Origin: an uncultured delta proteobacterium
GTDB taxonomy: Bacteria; Desulfobacterota; RBG-13-43-22
Reading direction: 5' to 3'
Assembly: GCA_963782435.1 (NCBI GenBank)
Contig: CAWAKF010000050.1
Span: forward strand, 74,599 to 138,598
DNA: 64,000 nt
This document shows positions 57,575-64,000 of the stretch, in pieces. The position numbers were made by a program, and so were the translations under genes. The notes below the pieces were generated by a model. It saw nothing but the letters and a program-made list of their open reading frames with translations. It ran no database searches and had not been told where the DNA came from. The first letter of the stretch is position 1, and each line of letters begins with the position of its first letter.

Positions 57575-59278
57575 TTAAATGGTTATGGTGTCCAATTGAT
57601 CCCAGATCTTCTCTAGTTCCTCCGCGGGTACATCGAAAACGCTCTGAGTCGGGGCCAGGGGCTCGCTTCGGACAAATTCCGGCGCCGGATCATTGGCTTC
57701 GATAAACCCGGCCTTTTTATTGAATGCCAGTTCGTTCCTCAATGTATCACGACCGATGTTTATCAGGTCGTCTTCTTTGACATTAAGACCGAATCTGGCG
57801 TTGATTAAATCTTTTAAAAAGGTGATCAGGATCTTTTTATCCGCGGGTGCAGCCAAAATACAGTATCCCAGAGAGTCCTGCATAGCGTTTAGAATTTGGA
57901 CTTTAAGGGATCGCTCCACCTGACCTTCATTGGACATGGGATTTTCATAGGAAACCCCGGCCGTATGATCCGCGCCCATGGGACTGGTATGATAAGTGAC
58001 CCCCGTGGCCTTGGTTACCCTGGGATCGTGGGCCGGAATGGCCTGGCCTTTAAAGGCCGGAATTCTGGTAATCCCAAGCGATTTGGCCGTGGCCACCACC
58101 CCATCGGCCAGGATTCTGCCGAAAGGCGTTCCTTTTTCCACTTCATCCATGAGGGCCAGGGCCGAAGCCACATTTCCCATTTCCATTTTGCCGGCCGATG
58201 CGGCCACCCCCAGGGCACTTCCCAGCTCAATGGTATCGATTCCCAGGTCATCACAGATCCGATCGAATCCGGCTACGGCATCCGGGTCGGCAATCCCTAA
58301 ATTGGTGCCCATCAGGGCCAGGGTCTCATATTCGTAACTTGAAGTAAGGTGATTTCCGTTGGCATCATTGTAAACAACGGAACACCGGACCAGGCAACCT
58401 GGCATGCAGCCATCCATGCGGCCTTTTCTTTCCTGGTTAATCTTATCGAGGGAAGGGCCGGCCAGGGACTCAAACCCTTCGGTCGGTTCGCTGCTATAGT
58501 TTTTAGAGGGCATGCTGCCCAGACTTCTCAAGGGGACAATAATCCCAGGGGTTCCGTATTTGCTCATGCCGGCCAAAGAAGGGTCTTTTTTCAGGACCTC
58601 GGCCCAGCTCTTCAGTGCTTCCTGAAAGGCCTTGCGGTCAGCGTAAGCGATGGCCGGGGCTCCCTGGTCATCAATCACGGCGGCCTTTAGGCCCTTGGCG
58701 CTCATAACCGCCCCCAGCCCTCCTCGGGCGGCGTGTCTGGAGCAATGGCCGTCTTTGTCGGTTAGGGCTATCGTCGCAGACCTGGACTTCCGTTCTCCCA
58801 CGGGCCCGATAGAGATCATTGAAATCTTGTCATGGTATTCCTTTCGCATCCTGTCCGCCAGGTCATAGGTCTTCATGCCCCGATAGGCTTCTCCATCCTT
58901 CAGTTGGGCGCCGTCTTTGTTAATGGAAAGAATGTAGTATTTATCTGCTTTGGGCGTGCCCTCGATGATAATGGCCCGGATTCCTAATTTATCCAAATCC
59001 TGGCCGACCGGGCCTCCCGCATTGGCCTCCTTGATACCTTGGGTCAAGGGGCTTTTCCCTCCTATGGAAAGGCGGCCACAGGAAGGGGCCAAGGTGCCGG
59101 CCAGAGGTCCTGTGGCGATGACCAGTTTGGCCTGCGGTCCCAAGGGATTTGTATCAGGGGGGATTTCAGTGGTAAGGATTTTAGCGGAAAGACCACGCCC
59201 CCCTAGTATCTTCCACTCTTCCGGCAGATCTTCAAAGCGCGTCTCAAGACTACTGGTATTCACCCGTAATATCTTCAT
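57575..59278 (-). CDS. aor: aldehyde:ferredoxin oxidoreductase (tungstopterin AOR family)
   Basis: 567 aa with an N-terminus MKILRVNTSS...GGRGLSAKIL and AOR-typical length and domains. SD AGGAG upstream. Confidence 0.9.
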   Translation of the reverse strand: MKILRVNTSSLETRFEDLPEEWKILGGRGLSAKILTTEIPPDTNPLGPQAKLVIATGPLAGTLAPSCGRLSIGGKSPLTQGIKEANAGGPVGQDLDKLGIRAIIIEGTPKADKYYILSINKDGAQLKDGEAYRGMKTYDLADRMRKEYHDKISMISIGPVGERKSRSATIALTDKDGHCSRHAARGGLGAVMSAKGLKAAVIDDQGAPAIAYADRKAFQEALKSWAEVLKKDPSLAGMSKYGTPGIIVPLRSLGSMPSKNYSSEPTEGFESLAGPSLDKINQERKGRMDGCMPGCLVRCSVVYNDANGNHLTSSYEYETLALMGTNLGIADPDAVAGFDRICDDLGIDTIELGSALGVAASAGKMEMGNVASALALMDEVEKGTPFGRILADGVVATAKSLGITRIPAFKGQAIPAHDPRVTKATGVTYHTSPMGADHTAGVSYENPMSNEGQVERSLKVQILNAMQDSLGYCILAAPADKKILITFLKDLINARFGLNVKEDDLINIGRDTLRNELAFNKKAGFIEANDPAPEFVRSEPLAPTQSVFDVPAEELEKIWDQLDTITI

Positions 59279-59506
59279 AACAAACTCCTTTCTCTTTTTC
59301 TAATGTTTTAATCGGTATCATAAAATTCTTACATCAAAACTCTGAGAATTTATCTTAACATTTTTATCAAACGAGCTTTATTTGAATGCTTAGAATCCAG
59401 AAACTCCCAAATCTTTTTGAAGATTCAAACTCATTCTGAATTCTGACTCCTGGCTCCTGGATTCCAAAATTTAAAAAATTATGGGTAGATATTAAATCGA
59501 TGTTAG

Positions 59507-59746
59507 TTATCCCCCACTAACCAACGGAAAAATTCTTAACATATCTCCTTCCTTTAAGAAAGTTTTTTCGGTTACCACCACATTATTGAGAACGAGCATG
59601 TTCGGAACCTGGGTCAGACTTAATAAATCCAAAATATCGCCCGTATGCGACCCCGCGGGTACATCCCATTGATCCCCTGAAAGGTTTCTATCCGAAACCG
59701 GAATCATGGCATGAAGGACGCTTGAGATTTCAATCGTAATCAACAT
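59507..59746 (-). CDS. MoaD/ThiS-family ubiquitin-like sulfur-carrier protein
   Basis: 79 aa ending ...RIFPLVSGG*, which is a C-terminal Gly-Gly. Confidence 0.78.
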   Translation of the reverse strand: MLITIEISSVLHAMIPVSDRNLSGDQWDVPAGSHTGDILDLLSLTQVPNMLVLNNVVVTEKTFLKEGDMLRIFPLVSGG

Positions 59747-59802
59747 ATCTATTACTTCGGCAATTAAATTCTTAAAAAGGTATTCTAAAAAAAATAAAAA
59801 AA

Positions 59803-59910
59803 GTCGCTAAAAAGCTGTCTCTGTCATTCCGACGAAAGTCGGAATCCAGAAGTCTTAATAGGTTATAAAATCCCTGGACCCCGGTTTTCACCGGGGTGAC
59901 AACTTTTTTT
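59803..59910. repeat. double-hairpin REP/MITE-like element, copy R4 (inverted relative to R1/R2)
   Basis: gtcATTCCGACgaaaGTCGGAATccag...ccctggaCCCCGGttttcaCCGGGGtgac. Confidence 0.8.
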
Positions 59911-60024
59911 AGTCCATCAGTATTGATTTCCAATTGTATTAATAAGGAGCCCTTTTATATATTTTGCTGCCAGAGTAATATTTAGAAAAAAGGCGTTGAT
60001 TTTCGGGTTGATGAATCCAACATA

Positions 60025-60504
60025 CTAACGATCCCCAACCTTTGGTGGGTTGGCCTGTATCAATTCAATAATGAGGTTACTAAAACAGCTTCGGGTATCG
60101 ATATAAACCGCACTGCGCTTGGTTTGACCTTCCCTTCTGATACTGAGAATGACCTGGAATCCTTTCTCAACCATCTTGGCCGTTTCTTCTTCCAGGTCAT
60201 CTACGGTGTAGGCAATGTGTCCGATACCTTCCCCGGTTTTCTCTAAGAGCTCCTTGTGGACCGTTTCCCCCTGAAGAGGCTGGAGCAGCTCAACCCCAAG
60301 AGCCCCCACCCGGCCCATGACACCTCTGGTTCTGACCACCGGATGAGGGGTCTTGCCGTACACTAAATACTCGGCAAATTTACTGCTGTCTATCACAAAT
60401 TCCGGTTGGAAGGAGGCTGTGCCTAAGGTCTGGTAATCTTTCATTGACTTATCCAAATCCCGGACCGGTATTCCGACATGAACTAATTTCCAGTTACTGT
60501 CCAT
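60025..60504 (-). CDS. VOC-family protein (glyoxalase / methylmalonyl-CoA epimerase-like)
   Basis: Sequence: LVHVGIPVRDLDKSMKDY...GIGHIAYTVDDLE. Start moved to the ATG at 60504 (SD GGAGA). Confidence 0.82.
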   Translation of the reverse strand: MDSNWKLVHVGIPVRDLDKSMKDYQTLGTASFQPEFVIDSSKFAEYLVYGKTPHPVVRTRGVMGRVGALGVELLQPLQGETVHKELLEKTGEGIGHIAYTVDDLEEETAKMVEKGFQVILSIRREGQTKRSAVYIDTRSCFSNLIIELIQANPPKVGDR

Positions 60505-60530
60505 AAACTCTCCTCTCAAAGGGACTTTAT

Positions 60531-61430
60531 CTATTGGGAGTGCCGATTGGCATAGGTCCCGGCCGCCAATTCAACAGCGTCTGTCAACCCCGAAAGAACA
60601 AGGGCTTTATACCCTTCAAGCTTAGGCAGATAGATTTCTTCCCATACGCGATCAACCAGAAAGGAAATGTCACCCAACCGAGTTGAATTTTTGTAAAATA
60701 TCTCCATCCATTTCTCATAGAAAGAAACGGTTTCATCAAGAAAAGATAGGGCCTCCGGACCGGTGAGGCATCCGAAATGGGCCAGACAAATTCTTCTTGG
60801 CTCCAGAGATTTAATGATCCCGATAGACTTAAGGAAGTCCTTCTCGTTCCAGAAAGGGGAGTTCGGATTGGGTACGACCATATATTCCCCCCACTTCATC
60901 CCGATGGCATCCCCCACAAAGAGATTTCCGGTGTTTTCTTCCCAAATAGAAATATGATCCACCATGTGCCCGGGAGTTTCCACAATTTGTATCTTTACAT
61001 CACGGCCTACCTCTATGGTTTGGCCGTCTTGCAAAGGGAGAACCCCGTCGACATTATCGTAGGGTGCCTGATCCGTGCCGAAGCAAAGATTAAAGGATTG
61101 ATCCGCAAGAAAAGGCCCGGCTTTTTCCGAAGCGAAGACCTCAGGCGTATTATTGGTTTCTGTAGTTTTTTTTCGAAGGAACCCTATGCCCTGGGTATGA
61201 TCCCAGTGGGAGTGGGTAATGATAATCCTCTCCACCGGCCAGGCACCAAGGTCTTTCAGTTTTTCATAGATGATCTTGGCGGAATCCTTTGTGCCGGAGT
61301 CGATCAAACAGGTTCCCCCATCGCTGCTTTTAAGAATGAAGACGGCATGCCCCCTCTCCACCCCCTGGTGAACCGCGTCGATCAGATAAGTATGTCCGTC
61401 AATTTTACCTTCTTGTCGTATCATACCCAT
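60531..61430 (-). CDS. MBL-fold metallo-hydrolase
   Basis: 299 aa with the THSHWDH motif. Confidence 0.88.
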   Translation of the reverse strand: MGMIRQEGKIDGHTYLIDAVHQGVERGHAVFILKSSDGGTCLIDSGTKDSAKIIYEKLKDLGAWPVERIIITHSHWDHTQGIGFLRKKTTETNNTPEVFASEKAGPFLADQSFNLCFGTDQAPYDNVDGVLPLQDGQTIEVGRDVKIQIVETPGHMVDHISIWEENTGNLFVGDAIGMKWGEYMVVPNPNSPFWNEKDFLKSIGIIKSLEPRRICLAHFGCLTGPEALSFLDETVSFYEKWMEIFYKNSTRLGDISFLVDRVWEEIYLPKLEGYKALVLSGLTDAVELAAGTYANRHSQ

Positions 61431-61533
61431 TCAAATAATCCCCCTCTATCGATATTAATCAAAAGTGCATAATCGTAATGACATAATAAAGAGTTAACCC
61501 TCAGTGCATAAACAAATAAGACCCTGAAATCGC

Positions 61534-62151
61534 TCAACCGTATTGTTTCATGAGCTCAATGCCTTTTTTAAAGGCCTTCATATTAATCTCCAGGGCCTTG
61601 GGAAAACGTTCCTGAAGTAACGGTTCCATAGACTTTCGGTCCAACGGAAGCAAGCCGGAGCCGACGAGGGCGCCGACCAGGATCACATTGGCCATGATGG
61701 GATTGCCCAATTTACGGGCCTCTTCCGTGGCCTGGACGACCCATGTTTTTGCCGACAGGGCCGTGATGTCTTCCATGAGATTTTCCACCGGGGGGTATTT
61801 GGTCCCACGACCGGTGACATCGAGTGCCTGTATCGGTCGGGGGTTGACTATGGTAACCACATCCGGATTACCGTATTGGTTCAGCATCCGCATGGCTTCC
61901 ACCGGTTCCATGGCTACGATGACATCGGCCCGCCCTTCGGGAATAATCGGGCTGGCCTGGAAGTCTTTAGACACCCTGATATAATTGATCACCGGTCCGC
62001 CCCGCTGCTGGGCCGGATAGGTCTGTCCGAAGGTCACCCGAAAGCCTTCATTTACCAAGGCGTCACAGATAAGTTGGGAGGTAACCACGTTTCCCTGGCC
62101 GGCAACGCCGATAACAATCAGACTGAGCGGGTCTTTTATCAATGCCTTCAT
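61534..62151 (-). CDS. iorB: indolepyruvate:ferredoxin oxidoreductase beta subunit
   Basis: 205-aa 2-oxoacid:ferredoxin oxidoreductase gamma-type domain. There is a 4-nt overlap with iorA. Confidence 0.85.
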   Translation of the reverse strand: MKALIKDPLSLIVIGVAGQGNVVTSQLICDALVNEGFRVTFGQTYPAQQRGGPVINYIRVSKDFQASPIIPEGRADVIVAMEPVEAMRMLNQYGNPDVVTIVNPRPIQALDVTGRGTKYPPVENLMEDITALSAKTWVVQATEEARKLGNPIMANVILVGALVGSGLLPLDRKSMEPLLQERFPKALEINMKAFKKGIELMKQYG

Positions 62152-64000
62152 CTTGATTCACCTTCCTTTTTCGCTGCTCTTTTCTCAATCGCTCCCTGGG
62201 GGCAAATGTCGACACACAAACCACACCCACTGCAGATCACATCATCGATTTCCGATTTGCCGGTTTTTTCTTCCCATCGGAGTCCCGGGCACCGAAACAC
62301 CCGGACGCATAATCGGTTGCAGCCACAACTCTCCCCAAGACACTTTTCAGGATTCACCGACACCTCAAAGGGCCTGCTTTCCCGTCTGCCTCTTTGCAGT
62401 TCACACTCATGGCGCATGATGATGACCCGGGGGCCGTGACCTTCGTCCTGCAAAACATCGAGCAGCACCTGGGTGGTCTTTTCCAGTTCGAAGGGATCGC
62501 AAATTTCCACCCTTATACCGAGGGCGCGGCAGACATCTTCGATGGGAACGGTCTTTCCCGGGTTCCCCATGGCGGTCATTCCGACACCCGGATGGGGCTG
62601 AAAGCCGGTCATGGCCGTCGTGCTGTTGTCATAGACGACCAGAGTGAAGTCCGACCGGTTCCAGACGGCGTTGAGCAAGGCTGGAATGCTGGCATGAAAA
62701 AAAGTGGAGTCCCCCTCACCACCGATCACCGGCTGGGTGAAACCGAATTGCTTCAGTTTGCCGTAACCATCAGCCAAACCGGCCCCGCCACCCATACAAT
62801 TGCCTATTTTAGCCACAAAATAGCCGCCGGGACCGAAGCCGGCACTCATGCACCCGGCATCGCCGGTGGCGAACCCGTCCCGGCCGTCGAGTGTGAGCGC
62901 GCGATGGATGGCCCAATAACTGGCCCGGTGGGGACAGCCGGCACATAATGAACCGAGACGCATAATCACTTCTTCCCGGGAAGCGGCCTGAACTTTTTGG
63001 GCATACTCCGGATCCCGAGGCTGGTATTGGATTCCCAAAATCCGGGCAATGGCCTTTATGGCCTCATCCGGATTCAATTCTCCGTAAAAAGGGATATGGC
63101 CGGATCGCTTGCCAAAAAAATATGGCCGAGGACCCGCCGGTCCCAGACTGGCCGTGAATTCCATGACGCTCTGTTCGACAAAGGGGTGGACTTCCTCGAC
63201 AAACAATACCTGCTGTGTTTTTTGAAGAAGATTCTCAATCAATTTTTCAGGCAGGGGCCAGAGGGTGCCGAGTTTTAAAACCCCGACCCGATTATGCAAT
63301 CCGAGTATGCTGACCGCTTCCATCGTGTAGAGAAAAGAGGCCCCGCAACTGATGACCAGAAGATCCGGGGTATCGGGACCGATATAGCGGTTGAAGGGCG
63401 CTGTTTCGAATCGCTCCATGGCCCTTTTCAGTTTTTCATGCAGACGGGCATGGAGGTTGGCCTGTCCAAAAGTGGGAATCTTGGGGATCAGATCAAAGCG
63501 TGCCTTCTGTTCCCGGACAGGTAGCTCACCCAGGGTGACATTTCCCCTGGTGTGGCCGATTTTGGCCACTTCCCGCAGCATGACCAGGCTATCCAATTCT
63601 TCGGAAAGTTCATAAAGCCAGGGGATCATGTCTTTGGCCTCCTGGAAGTCTCCTGGTTCCACCAGAGGGATATCGAGCATCTTGGCAATACCCCGTGTAT
63701 CCTGCTCATTGGGACTGTTTCTCCGGCCGGGGTCGTCGGCATTGACCAGGACCATTCCGCCGCCTCCGTGCAAACCTCTTTCCATCAGATTGGCAATAGC
63801 ATCCATGGCGACGTTGGTCCCGTTTTGTTTCATTGAGGCCATGGAGCGGATCCCGGCTGTAGCCGCAGCATTGGCGTTCCACAAGGCGACGATTTCATTA
63901 ATCGACCATTCAGCATAAAGGTTCCGGCGTTTGGCGACCTCCGCCAGCCTGGGTAGTATTTCCGATGCAGGTGTACCGGGATAAGAAGCGACAAATCCCA
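62148..64000 (-). CDS. iorA: indolepyruvate:ferredoxin oxidoreductase alpha subunit (partial; 5' end beyond right edge)
   Basis: It has a TPP domain (GDSTFFH) and a C-terminal CSGCGLCVDICP. The frame stays open upstream of the track start (GFVASYPGTPASEILPRLAEV...) all the way to position 64000. Confidence 0.9.
   Translation of the reverse strand, partial: GFVASYPGTPASEILPRLAEVAKRRNLYAEWSINEIVALWNANAAATAGIRSMASMKQNGTNVAMDAIANLMERGLHGGGGMVLVNADDPGRRNSPNEQDTRGIAKMLDIPLVEPGDFQEAKDMIPWLYELSEELDSLVMLREVAKIGHTRGNVTLGELPVREQKARFDLIPKIPTFGQANLHARLHEKLKRAMERFETAPFNRYIGPDTPDLLVISCGASFLYTMEAVSILGLHNRVGVLKLGTLWPLPEKLIENLLQKTQQVLFVEEVHPFVEQSVMEFTASLGPAGPRPYFFGKRSGHIPFYGELNPDEAIKAIARILGIQYQPRDPEYAQKVQAASREEVIMRLGSLCAGCPHRASYWAIHRALTLDGRDGFATGDAGCMSAGFGPGGYFVAKIGNCMGGGAGLADGYGKLKQFGFTQPVIGGEGDSTFFHASIPALLNAVWNRSDFTLVVYDNSTTAMTGFQPHPGVGMTAMGNPGKTVPIEDVCRALGIRVEICDPFELEKTTQVLLDVLQDEGHGPRVIIMRHECELQRGRRESRPFEVSVNPEKCLGESCGCNRLCVRVFRCPGLRWEEKTGKSEIDDVICSGCGLCVDICPQGAIEKRAAKKEGESR

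Overview
A 64 kb bacterial window, about 50% GC by eye, with most genes on the minus strand. The gene content points to an anaerobe. It includes lutABC, an acetoin/pyruvate-dehydrogenase-type E1/E2 cluster with an SDR, and IorAB with a tungsten-type aldehyde:ferredoxin oxidoreductase and a MoaD-like protein. It also includes an NDP-forming acyl-CoA synthetase, two AMP-forming CoA ligases, a Cys-type arylsulfatase, and a run of amidohydrolase, aminotransferase and nitrilase genes. The unusual content is mostly non-coding or mobile. (1) One full-length compact group II intron (class C-like, RT without an endonuclease domain), plus two ORF-less, 5'-truncated copies that share the same internal deletion. 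(2) Two paralogous promoter + structured leader + mini-ORF + terminator modules upstream of unrelated genes. (3) A duplicated hairpin+promoter cassette. (4) Four double-hairpin REP/MITE-like elements whose stems co-vary. (5) A sharp compositional mosaic: an AT-rich RNase H island next to a GC-rich aldolase gene. (6) Several 5'-truncated gene relics. At least four genes are broken exactly at homopolymer runs, which looks like a sequence-quality problem. I saw no rRNA, tRNA or CRISPR array. All calls come from manual reading and motif recognition, with no searches run. RNA boundaries are good to about +/-5 nt.
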